Assembly: GCF_003044035.1 (NCBI RefSeq)
Contig: NZ_NVQC01000023.1
Coordinates: forward strand, 90,001 to 122,000
Direction: 5' to 3'
Source: Candidatus Methylomirabilis limnetica
GTDB lineage: Bacteria > Methylomirabilota > Methylomirabilia > Methylomirabilales > Methylomirabilaceae
DNA: 32,000 bases
The position numbers and the translations under genes were made by a program. Positions 23,500-31,577 of this stretch are shown in pieces. Positions within the stretch are counted from its first letter, which is position 1, and the number at the start of each line of letters is the position of its first letter. The notes under the pieces are model-generated. The model had not been told where the DNA came from. It saw only the letters and a list, made by a program, of their open reading frames with translations, and did no database searches.

Positions 23500-23949
23500 T
23501 TACAGTTCGAGGAGGACCGCCACTTCGTCGCAGCGGTACAACTTGCTGCAATTGAGGCAATCCTTCCACACCTTCTCTGGCAGTGTCAACTTGTCAACTA
23601 CGTGAAATCCAAGGCGCTCAAAGAAAGTCGGCTTATAGGTCAGGGCAAAGACTCGCCTCATCGGGAGGTCTTTCGCTGTGGCGATGCAGGCCTCGGTCAC
23701 TGCCCGACCGATCCCCTTCCCCTGGTACTCCGGCCAGACGGCCAGCGATCGAACCTCAGCCAGGTCTGCCCCGTAAACGAAGAGCGAGCACACTCCGGCA
23801 ATTAGCCCGTCCTGCTCAAAGACCTGAAAATCGCCGACCCGATCGTAGAGCTCCTGCGGCGCCAGTGGTAACAGTTCGCCCTTGCCGGCGTAGGCATTCA
23901 CCAAGCGCGCAATTGCCGGAACATCGGTCGTCTTCGCCTTCCTGACCAT
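23500..23949 (-). CDS. GNAT-family N-acetyltransferase (short amino-acid N-acetyltransferase-like)
   Basis: 149 aa. The acetyl-CoA motif is YQGKGIGRAV. The C-terminal Cys-containing tail is KVWKDCLNCSKLYRCDE. Confidence 0.85.
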   Translation of the reverse strand: MVRKAKTTDVPAIARLVNAYAGKGELLPLAPQELYDRVGDFQVFEQDGLIAGVCSLFVYGADLAEVRSLAVWPEYQGKGIGRAVTEACIATAKDLPMRRVFALTYKPTFFERLGFHVVDKLTLPEKVWKDCLNCSKLYRCDEVAVLLEL

Positions 23950-24120
23950 GCGCTACTTCACCTGTCTGCGTGCGACTTGTCTTCGTGCGGCGCGCTGGCA
24001 TGGGTGCGGTCCGCCGCTATCGCCCCCTCACCGTATGATCCATCGATCCTTAGAACGGCATTCGCCACTACGCTCCTACTATCCTCGCCATTGTGAGGCG
24101 CACCCCGAATCTGAAAAGGT

Positions 24121-24149
24121 ATTATTTGCCCGCTAGCGGAAACTGTCAA
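24121..24149 (-). promoter_or_regulatory. Sigma70-like promoter upstream of the GNAT gene (implies a ~165-nt leader)
   Basis: On the minus strand there is TTGACA (24149-44), a 17-nt spacer, then AATAAT (24126-21). Confidence 0.45.
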
Positions 24150-24179
24150 GGGAACTCTTAGACGGCAGATCCAACAGCT

Positions 24180-24614
24180 TTACTCACGAGGCCCTCGCCC
24201 CTCTCCCACCTTTTTTCCGGCCTTCGCGTGGAAGCGTGTGAGGTCAACAATGACCCGCTCGTGCTGACACTCGGCAATCTTCTCCACCTCGTCGAAGGCC
24301 TCGATCCGGAAAGTGAGACGCCGTCCATCAATCTGCGTCAGTGTCGCCACCACCTTCACCATAAGCCCGATCGGGGTTGGCGCCAGGTGCGTCATCTTTA
24401 TGATGCTGCCGACTGTGCCCTGCCCATCCGACAGATGCGGCTGCACGCTGGCTGTCGCCACCTCCTCCATCCACTCGACCACAACCGGCGTGGTAAGCAC
24501 ATGGACCAACGGGTTGCCATGCCGGTCGGCCGCCTCGGCCCCGGTCACCCTCCAGGCCCTCTCACACGTCATCCCTTCATGCAGGCTCATCGACTCCTCC
24601 CATCTCGGGCGCAT
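24180..24614 (-). CDS. Hotdog-fold thioesterase family protein
   Basis: 144 aa. ..GTVGSIIKMTHLAPTPIGLMVKVVATLTQIDGRRLTFRIEAFD.. is typical of the small acyl-CoA thioesterase family. The start may instead be the internal Met (MSLHEG..). Confidence 0.8.
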   Translation of the reverse strand: MRPRWEESMSLHEGMTCERAWRVTGAEAADRHGNPLVHVLTTPVVVEWMEEVATASVQPHLSDGQGTVGSIIKMTHLAPTPIGLMVKVVATLTQIDGRRLTFRIEAFDEVEKIAECQHERVIVDLTRFHAKAGKKVGEGRGPRE

Positions 24615-24636
24615 TGTGCCGGTTGTCTCTGGACGC

Positions 24637-24804
24637 GTAACTACTCAGGTGTTTAGGCTGTAGGCTGAAGGCTGTTAGTCTTTGCGCATGGACCGAATCA
24701 AGGCGCACTTCGTCGGCCAGTTCAAACGCTCTGAGCTTGGCATGGTCTCGCATGGCGCGTTCCTACAGTCTAAAAGCCTACAGTCTATCTACCTGAGTAG
24801 TTAC
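24637..24804. repeat. Family-A MITE-like element, variant core (copy 2, inverted relative to 23324-23488)
   Basis: Its reverse complement aligns over the full length with 23324-23488, roughly 90% identical by eye. Confidence 0.85.
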
Positions 24805-25032
24805 TTGGGCGCAATAATACTTGACAGGCTCAGGAAGAGTGACTAGATTGAGCCGGTTTTGCTGAACTCCATACCCTGCGTGCTCCATGCTATCACACGA
24901 ACATGCCTGTGAGAGCGAAGGTCTTCATTGCGCCCGCCAACTTGACGAAATACGCTGACCGGGATAGCATCCTAACAGGCGTGCTGGCGCCAAGGTGACC
25001 AACGAGCCTCGCTGATCCGAGCATACTGTACC

Positions 25033-26985
25033 GTGAGGCAATCTGTGCCTACAATCGAGGAAGAGAGCGGAACGACCGTCTTGCGGCGAACCGCCGAACA
25101 CCAGCCGCCTCGCTCGTGGCGAAGTTGGCTGATCGGGCGTCCACTCCGGACCGCCGATGCCCCTGATCAGGCCATCGGAAAGACGGTCGGCTTGGCCGTC
25201 TTCGCCTCCGACGCGCTGTCATCGACCGCATACGCGACCGATGAGATTCTGTTCGTCCTGGCCGCCGCTGGAACCGCCGCACTCGTCTACGCCCTTCCGA
25301 TCTCGCTGGCCATAGTGGCACTGCTGGCCATTGTCACGCTCTCGTATTTGCAGACGATACATGCCTATCCAGGAGGCGGCGGAGCCTACATTGTGGCTCG
25401 TGACAACCTGGGAGGATTCCCATCCAAGATCGCCGGCGCGTCGCTGCTTACCGACTATATCCTCACCGTGGCCGTTTCAGTCGCTTCGGGCGTGGCCCAA
25501 CTAACCTCAGCGTATCCGTCAATTTTTCCCTACCGAGTGCCGTTAGCCATCGGGATGGTGCTGGTCATGATGGTCGTCAACCTGCGCGGCGTCAAAGAAT
25601 CCGGCGCGATTCTCGCTATACCCAGCTATTTCTTCTTGGCTATGATGCTTCTGACCATAGGCAGCGGCCTCAGTCAGTACATGATGGGGAGCCTCCATAC
25701 CGTAGTGAACCCGCCGCAGGGAAGGGAACATGTCGCGCAATCGATCTCACTCTTCCTGATTCTCCATGCCTTTTCCAATGGCACTACAGCCCTGACCGGG
25801 GTGGAGGCTATCTCTAACGGGGTCCCTGCGTTTAAGGAGCCACGTAGCCGCAATGCAGGCATCACGCTGATCTGGATGTCTGCCATTCTGGGCACGCTGT
25901 TCCTGGGCGTTACCTTCCTGGCCGGCAAAATGGGCGCGACGCCTTCGGAGACAGAAACGGTGATCTCGCAACTGGCGCGTACGGCCCATGAGGGACGGGG
26001 CTACCTGTACATCTTCACCATCGCCGCCACAACCCTTATCCTGATCATGGCGGCCAATACGGCCTATGCCGGATTCCCGCGGTTGAGCGCCCTGCTGGCG
26101 GCGGATGGCTTTTTGCCCCGGCCGCTCACTTACCGGGGAAGCCGACTCGTCTACTCGCGAGGCATTGTGGCGCTGGCCCTCATCGCCTCACTCCTGATCT
26201 GGCTGTTTCAGGCCAGCGTCAACGCGCTGATCCCGCTCTATGCCATTGGCGTCTTCCTCTCCTTCACGCTTGCCCAGGCCGGCATGGCGCACCGCTGGTG
26301 GAAGGCCGGACATCTCTCGCCAGAGCAGGAAGCCCAAGAGCATGGCTCAATACTCCGTCACGACCCGCGCTGGGCACTAAAGATGGTGATCAACGGCTTT
26401 GGCGCGCTCTGTACGGCCGGGGTCATGCTGATCTTTACCGTCACAAAGTTTCGCGATGGGGCGTGGCTCGTGATCCTGTTGGTGCCGATTCTCGTGGCGA
26501 TATTCTCTGCCATCCATTCCCATTACCGGGACTTGGCCGCCCACCTTTCATTGGAACAGTATGGTGGGCCGCCTCGAATCTCGCGTCAGCGTGTGATCCT
26601 GGCGATTAGTGGTGTGCATCGCGGGACGCTGGCGGCGCTCCGCTATGCCCGAACATTGTCCGACGATATTACGGCCGTGCATATCTGCACCGACCCCGTC
26701 GAGGCCGAGACGCTGAATCGGAAATGGGAATCGTGGGGCGATGGAATCCGCCTGGTCGTACTTGATTCCCCTTACCGGTTGTTCCTGGAACCCTTATTGG
26801 GGTATATCGAGGAGATTGCCGCACGGCGCCAGCCGAACGAGATTATCACCATCGTCGTGCCGCAGTTTGTCCCCCGCCACTGGTGGCACAACCTCCTACA
26901 CAACCAGACCGCGATGCTGCTCAGACTAATGCTGTTGTTCAAGCCAGGGATCGTGATTATTGACGTACCCTATCAGATAGAGTAA
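25033..26985 (+). CDS. APC-superfamily permease with a ~200-aa cytoplasmic C-terminal extension
   Basis: 650 aa with a GTG start. The conserved N-terminal block is LIGRPLRTADAP..IGKTVGLAVFASDALSSTAYATDEIL, followed by about 12 TM segments. The start codon is uncertain because the RBS is poor. Confidence 0.85.
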   Translation: MRQSVPTIEEESGTTVLRRTAEHQPPRSWRSWLIGRPLRTADAPDQAIGKTVGLAVFASDALSSTAYATDEILFVLAAAGTAALVYALPISLAIVALLAIVTLSYLQTIHAYPGGGGAYIVARDNLGGFPSKIAGASLLTDYILTVAVSVASGVAQLTSAYPSIFPYRVPLAIGMVLVMMVVNLRGVKESGAILAIPSYFFLAMMLLTIGSGLSQYMMGSLHTVVNPPQGREHVAQSISLFLILHAFSNGTTALTGVEAISNGVPAFKEPRSRNAGITLIWMSAILGTLFLGVTFLAGKMGATPSETETVISQLARTAHEGRGYLYIFTIAATTLILIMAANTAYAGFPRLSALLAADGFLPRPLTYRGSRLVYSRGIVALALIASLLIWLFQASVNALIPLYAIGVFLSFTLAQAGMAHRWWKAGHLSPEQEAQEHGSILRHDPRWALKMVINGFGALCTAGVMLIFTVTKFRDGAWLVILLVPILVAIFSAIHSHYRDLAAHLSLEQYGGPPRISRQRVILAISGVHRGTLAALRYARTLSDDITAVHICTDPVEAETLNRKWESWGDGIRLVVLDSPYRLFLEPLLGYIEEIAARRQPNEIITIVVPQFVPRHWWHNLLHNQTAMLLRLMLLFKPGIVIIDVPYQIE

Positions 26986-27001
26986 AAGTAAGCGTTCAGC
27001 A

Positions 27002-27178
27002 GTAACTACTCAGCAGTAACTACTCAGGTGTTTAGGCTGAAGGCTGAAGACTGAAGGCTCTGCATTATCTCGCAAGGCACGAATCGAGCCATTCAAGATC
27101 TTTTCGGAGTTTTGTATGATCACGCATGACTTACTTCTAAAAGCCTTCAGCCTTCAGCCTATCTACCTGAGTAGTTAC
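27002..27178. repeat. Family-A MITE-like element (full copy; left terminus partly duplicated)
   Basis: It reads gtaactactcagca + gtaactactcaggtgtttaggctgaaggctgaagactgaagg ... ccttcagccttcagcctatctacctgagtagttac. The core matches 1-50 (reverse complement) and 21654-21700. Confidence 0.85.
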
Positions 27179-27313
27179 GTTCAGCAGTCAGCCGTCAGCT
27201 TTCAGCAACAACAAGGAAAGAACGAAAATGGCCGACCATTTCCAAATCAAAAGCTTGGACCTCTGTGGTTAGTTTGCCTCATCTTGCTGACGGCTGAGCG
27301 CTGACCGCTGAAT
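27179..27313. repeat. Second inverted-repeat element with NNTCAGC heptad arms
   Basis: The left arm is gttcagc agtcagc cgtcagc tttcagc. The right arm ttgctgacggctgagcgctgaccgctgaa is its approximate complement. The arms resemble those at 4413-4440 and 4659-4678. Confidence 0.6.
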
Positions 27314-27340
27314 GCTATTTTCTGAGGAGCAGAACACGCT

Positions 27341-28000
27341 ATGCATATCATTATCGTGGGGTGTGGGCGGGTAGGCACAGAGCTGGCTTATCGGCTATTC
27401 CAGAAGGGACATCAGGTGGCGGTAATCGACCAGGTAGCTGCCTCCCTGAGTAACCTGTCCGCAGAGTTCCGTGGACACACAGTGCAAGGTGAAGCGCTGG
27501 CCGCAGATGTGCTGCGCCGAGCGGGCATTGAGCAAGCCGATGGTCTCGCCGCCGTCACCAACTCCGACTCGCTTAACGCGGTGGTAGCGCACGTGGCGCG
27601 GACCGTCTATCACGTACCCCAGGTCGTCGTCCGCAACTATCATCCGCGCTGGCGAGCTTTACATGAGGCCTTTGGCTTCCAAGTGGTCAGCTCGACCAGT
27701 TGGGGCGCACAACGCATCGAAGAACTGCTATACCCCTCGTTCGCTCGATGCGTATTCTCGGCAGGCAATGGCGAAGTTGAGATCTACGAACTGGTCGTGC
27801 CTGAGGCTTGGTACGGTCGGTCCCTCCAGGATCTCCTTCCCGCAGGCGAGTGTCTGGCCGTGGCGTTGTCCCGCGCAGGCAAGGCCATGCTCCCCTCTTC
27901 TGAGGACCGTCTCGAGGCGGGCGATATTGTACACCTGAGCGCCACCATGGCAGGGATCGACACGTTGCGTAAGCGGCTGCAGACGCCGCAAGGGGGGTAG
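27341..28000 (+). CDS. trkA: TrkA/RCK-domain K+ transport regulatory protein (TrkA-N + TrkA-C)
   Basis: 219 aa with the Rossmann motif IIIVGCGRVGTELA. The C-terminal RCK-C-like segment is ..GDIVHLSAT. Confidence 0.85.
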   Translation: MHIIIVGCGRVGTELAYRLFQKGHQVAVIDQVAASLSNLSAEFRGHTVQGEALAADVLRRAGIEQADGLAAVTNSDSLNAVVAHVARTVYHVPQVVVRNYHPRWRALHEAFGFQVVSSTSWGAQRIEELLYPSFARCVFSAGNGEVEIYELVVPEAWYGRSLQDLLPAGECLAVALSRAGKAMLPSSEDRLEAGDIVHLSATMAGIDTLRKRLQTPQGG

Positions 28001-28001
28001 C

Positions 28002-28685
28002 ATGTTTGTGCTGATCGCCGGCGGAGGCCGAACTGCTTCACACCTGGCCACCCTCTTGCTGGCTCGCCAGCACGAGGTCCGACTTATCGAGCACCGACGG
28101 GACGTCCTCTCACGTCTTCACCACGAGTTGCCCACCGAGGTGATCTACGAAGGCAACCCCACCGATCCACAAGTATTGGAACGGGCCGATATCCGTCGGG
28201 CGAAGGTGTTAGCTGCGTGCACCTCTTCCGATGAAGATAATCTCTCGCTCTGCTTCTTTGCCCGCACCCTCTATCGGGTGCCCCGTACTATCGGCTGGAT
28301 CAACAATCCCCGCACCGCTTGGCTCTTCGACGAGAAGTTCCACGTAGACGTGGCCCTCAACCAGGCGCAGATCTTTAGCAGTCTGATCGAAGAAGAGATG
28401 TCGCTCGGCGATATGATGACACTGCTCAAATTGCGGAGGGGCCGCTATTCCCTGGTAGAGGAGAAGATCCCCCCGGGCGCCCGCGCTCTGGGTATCGCTA
28501 TCAAGGACCTGCGCTTGCCGCCGGATTCGGTGATCGCCACCATCATCCGGGACGGGCAGCTCCTCATTCCGCGCGGGGATACCCGATTTGAAGTTGGGGA
28601 TGAGGTGCTCGCGATTGCAGATCATGAAGGCACCGAAGAGCTCGCCGGCCTGTTCGGCCGACCGGATGCGCAACAGAAGACGTAA
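28002..28685 (+). CDS. trkA: Second TrkA/RCK-domain protein
   Basis: 227 aa with FVLIAGGGRTASHLA. The RCK-C segment is GARALGIAIKDLRLPPDSVIATIIRDGQLLIPRGDTRFEVGDEVLAI. The ATG lies 1 nt after the preceding stop codon (tag-c-atg junction, no overlap). Confidence 0.85.
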   Translation: MFVLIAGGGRTASHLATLLLARQHEVRLIEHRRDVLSRLHHELPTEVIYEGNPTDPQVLERADIRRAKVLAACTSSDEDNLSLCFFARTLYRVPRTIGWINNPRTAWLFDEKFHVDVALNQAQIFSSLIEEEMSLGDMMTLLKLRRGRYSLVEEKIPPGARALGIAIKDLRLPPDSVIATIIRDGQLLIPRGDTRFEVGDEVLAIADHEGTEELAGLFGRPDAQQKT

Positions 28686-28735
28686 CTACTTAGGCGTTTA
28701 GACTGAAGGCTGAAGACTGAAGGTTATACATTCAA
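28682..28735. repeat. Truncated half of a family-A element
   Basis: It reads gtaactacttaggcgtttagactgaaggctgaagactgaaggttataca, which is one arm plus the first bases of the core. It overlaps the stop codons of genes on both strands. Confidence 0.75.
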
Positions 28736-28979
28736 ACGATAGTTGCTCTGAAGTATCAGCCTCAACATACGGCCCTTCGTTTTTCGACTTAAAGGCCATC
28801 GTTTCATAGTAACGCCCACCTGCGCCAATAGTGTCTAGTGCCTCCTTACTGCGGAACGCACCAACCGTCGAGACAACAATCCCTTCCTTTCCGTTTTCCA
28901 GTAGAGTGTTGCGCCTAAACATGCAGCGAGACGCACAAATAAAGTGTCCTGCCCACCCTCTTTCAGTTCTCTTTACCAT
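28698..28979 (-). CDS. Hypothetical protein (93 aa from the preferred ATG)
   Basis: MVKRTERGWAGHFICASRCMFRRNT... is preceded by GGAGGA 5 nt upstream, and the ORF-track TTG at 28991 is less likely. The last ~12 codons and the stop are encoded by the repeat at 28682-28735. No family was recognised. Confidence 0.45.
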   Translation of the reverse strand: MVKRTERGWAGHFICASRCMFRRNTLLENGKEGIVVSTVGAFRSKEALDTIGAGGRYYETMAFKSKNEGPYVEADTSEQLSFECITFSLQPSV

Positions 28980-29046
28980 TGTGTCCTCCAATCGCGCCCT
29001 CGTGTACAGGCGTCTCCATCACCTCACCCCCGCTCTCAGTAGCCCC

Positions 29047-29394
29047 TTACTCCCTCCCCCAACACTCCCCCAATTCTCCTCCCACACCACCCCCCTCCAA
29101 CACCCAGCTAAGCTCTATCACCGCCTGCTCCGCCCGTATACAATTCTCACCAGCAGCTCTGCCCTCGCGTAGCTCGTGATCAAATCTTTCTCGATACCAG
29201 GCGAGTCGTGCGCGTATCTCCTGCTCAGTTCTCAGAGCCAAAAGCCGTTTGAAAGTGTAGATGAGAAGTGATATGAAAAATATGAGTAACCAATACTCGT
29301 CTACCCAGCGTCCCAACCACGTGTCAAAAACGTATTCCCTTAAGAAGAACTCAATAGCTTGAGTGCCAGCGTAAATAGCCTCAATGATGGTCAT
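29047..29394 (-). CDS. Hypothetical small membrane protein
   Basis: 115 aa with one predicted TM helix (YWLLIFFISLLIYTF). GAGGTGA lies upstream of the ATG. The low-complexity Gly-rich C-terminus weakens the call. Confidence 0.35.
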   Translation of the reverse strand: MTIIEAIYAGTQAIEFFLREYVFDTWLGRWVDEYWLLIFFISLLIYTFKRLLALRTEQEIRARLAWYRERFDHELREGRAAGENCIRAEQAVIELSWVLEGGGVGGELGECWGRE

Positions 29395-29545
29395 GGCGTC
29401 ACCTCACCCCCGCTTTCACTAACCATCGCCCACGCTTAACCTGCGTCACCCCTCGTGCCTGCCGCGCCTGTAGCTGCTTGAGTGATAGCGCCATAGCATG
29501 AGCCTCACATAAGCTCGCAAGACGCGAATCAAGTCAATGAACTAC

Positions 29546-29777
29546 CCCGCAGCAAGCTGCTTCGGTATCGTCTTCTGTTCTGGCCCGTCATTCCGTGCTT
29601 GACACGGAATCCAGCCGGGCCCTCTGGATACCGGCTTCCACCGGTATGACGAACTCGCGGCAAGCCGCGGGGAATGAACCCCAGTAGATTCAAGACCTTC
29701 TCGGTAACTCTTCTTTCGGAAACCCTGTGATTACCCCTAACAGCCTTCAGCCTTCAGCCTATCTACCTTGTAGTTAA
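29546..29777. repeat. Composite repeat: family-B element fused to a half family-A element
   Basis: 29546-29696 is the B consensus, here lacking the ccccgtac..gatacgggg hairpin module. 29697-29777 is the A tail ..ccttcagccttcagcctatctaccttgtagttaac. Confidence 0.8.
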
Positions 29778-30550
29778 CAGCCCAGTCGATCGAGGAAGGC
29801 TTCAATGCCTCGGTTCACCTCGTCCGGCTGCTCCATCATGACCATGTGGCTGGCAGCGGGAACGAGTTGAAGCTGCGATCCGTTGATCTGGCTATGCAGA
29901 TACTCGGCGTATTTGGGTGGCGTCACCAGGTCGTCGGTCCCGCAGATCACAAGCGCTGGAATGGAGACCGCCTTCACCTGCTCCATGAGATCAAAGGCAT
30001 CGCACGCCAGAAGGTCTCCCTCGATCACTGGGATCGAGATGCGCAGCATAGCGTCGGCATCCTGCTTCAGCACCTCCGCCGGGGTGCCTGGCGCGTGCAC
30101 CAATTTGATTATCAGATCGACCGCTCGCCCTGCGTCGTCTCGAAGTCCCGCGAGGATCTGCGGCTGCACCCGCAGCCTTACTCCGCTCCCTACCAGCACA
30201 ATCGCCGCAAGCAGCTCAGGGTAGGCCAAGGCAATACTCTGGGTAATCGCCCCGCCCATCGAGTGGCCCACCATGACGATTCGATCAAGACCCAAGGCCG
30301 CGATACACCCCTTGACGATGTCGCGGTAGGCCTCGATCCGATCGGCTCCGCTCCCGTTCGAATCGCCATGCCCAGGGAGGTCCACGGCGATGGCCTTCCG
30401 CCGCCGTCCCAACGACTTGAGCTGCTGGAGCCACACCTGATGGCTCCCACCCGCCCCGTGGATGAAGACGATCGGTGACAGATGGCTCGCCAGACTTGGA
30501 CCTTGTTCAACGAAGTGGATACGAGTGCGCCCAACCTGTACGTACGGCAC
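29774..30550 (-). CDS. Alpha/beta-fold hydrolase
   Basis: 258 aa with the oxyanion region VFIHGAGGS and the nucleophile elbow GHSMGG. A C-terminal His lies in AASHMVMMEQP. The stop codon lies in the terminal repeat of the adjacent element. Confidence 0.85.
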   Translation of the reverse strand: MPYVQVGRTRIHFVEQGPSLASHLSPIVFIHGAGGSHQVWLQQLKSLGRRRKAIAVDLPGHGDSNGSGADRIEAYRDIVKGCIAALGLDRIVMVGHSMGGAITQSIALAYPELLAAIVLVGSGVRLRVQPQILAGLRDDAGRAVDLIIKLVHAPGTPAEVLKQDADAMLRISIPVIEGDLLACDAFDLMEQVKAVSIPALVICGTDDLVTPPKYAEYLHSQINGSQLQLVPAASHMVMMEQPDEVNRGIEAFLDRLGC

Positions 30551-30559
30551 GTCCCGCCT

Positions 30560-31558
30560 CTACGTCTCTTCAGATTTCAACGCCCTGCTCAGGAGACTCA
30601 CCACCGCCTCCCGGGGCGATCGATGCTCGAAGAATACGGCATAGCTTTCCCGGCAGATTGGCATGTCTACGGAGAAGCGCTGCGCAAGCTCGACCGCAGC
30701 CTTCGAGGCATTGACCCCTTCCTTCACAGTCGGGCTACGCTGTAGCAGCTCGGAGAGCGCCGCACCCTTGCCCAGCGCCAGCCCAAGTTGCCGGTTTCGC
30801 GAGAGGTCCCCGGTACATGTCAGCACGAGGTCCCCAAGCCCAGCCAGCCCGGCGAATGTCTCGGCGCGCGCGCCCATCGCGACGCCCAGCCGGGTCATTT
30901 CGCGTAACCCCCTTGTGATGAGAGCAGCCACCGCATTGTGCCCCAGTCCAAGACCGTCCACTATCCCAGCGGCGATGGCAATCACGTTCTTGATCGCCCC
31001 CCCCAACTCCACGCCCAACGGATCGCTCCCGGCATACACGCGAAAGGTTGGGGTGCTCAGCAAGTCCTGAACCCGTAAAGCCGCTTCCGCCTCCTCAGAC
31101 GCCGCGACCGCCGCCGTTGGCAGTCCTCCGCTCACCTCCTTCGCGAAGGTGGGACCTGAGAGCACGGCCACCGTCCTCAAGTGGGGAGCGACGTCATGCA
31201 TGACCTGAGATATGGTCATGCAACTAATTGGTTCTAGCCCCTTTGTTGCGCTTACCAAAACCGTAGATGGATCAACGAACGGAAGTAGGTTTGTAAACAC
31301 CGAACGGAACACATGAGAAGGAGTGACCAGCAGAAGGGCCGAGCAGCCTCGGGCGACCTCAGTGAGTGAAGCCGTGATCTCAAGCGCCGCTGGCAGTTTA
31401 ACCCCCGGCAGATAGAGGCTGTTCTCGCGCTCCCTCGCCATTGTCACGGCGAGATCACGCTCATGGACCCAGAGGCTGACCGAGTGCCCTTTCTCGGCTA
31501 ACAGCTTGGCGAGCGTGGTCCCCCAGGCTCCGGCTCCGACGACGCCGATCCGCTCCAT
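30560..31558 (-). CDS. gpsA: NAD(P)H-dependent glycerol-3-phosphate dehydrogenase
   Basis: MERIGVVGAGAWGTTLA is the Rossmann motif, and GGAIKNVIAIAAGI and DLSRNRQLG are also present. I prefer the start at 31558 (GGAG 9 nt upstream) to the longer ORF starting at 31612. Confidence 0.93.
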   Translation of the reverse strand: MERIGVVGAGAWGTTLAKLLAEKGHSVSLWVHERDLAVTMARERENSLYLPGVKLPAALEITASLTEVARGCSALLLVTPSHVFRSVFTNLLPFVDPSTVLVSATKGLEPISCMTISQVMHDVAPHLRTVAVLSGPTFAKEVSGGLPTAAVAASEEAEAALRVQDLLSTPTFRVYAGSDPLGVELGGAIKNVIAIAAGIVDGLGLGHNAVAALITRGLREMTRLGVAMGARAETFAGLAGLGDLVLTCTGDLSRNRQLGLALGKGAALSELLQRSPTVKEGVNASKAAVELAQRFSVDMPICRESYAVFFEHRSPREAVVSLLSRALKSEET

Positions 31559-31577
31559 CACCCTGCTCCTATCCGCG

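Noticed and set aside
24805-25032. Possible riboswitch (for example c-di-AMP or K+-related) in the ~200-nt region upstream of the APC permease
   Set aside because: I could see promoter-like hexamers (TTGACA at 24829) but none of the conserved riboswitch core sequences I know. There is no clear structure either.
20433-29777. Recurring gtaactactcagg.../ctgaaggctgaagg sequences as a possible CRISPR array
   Set aside because: The copies are inverted pairs enclosing conserved cores, irregularly spaced (hundreds to thousands of bp) and separated by genes. There is no regular repeat-spacer periodicity and no cas genes.
29846-30478. 210-aa plus-strand ORF
   Set aside because: It is antisense to the alpha/beta hydrolase gene, which has GHSMGG and a coherent fold pattern.
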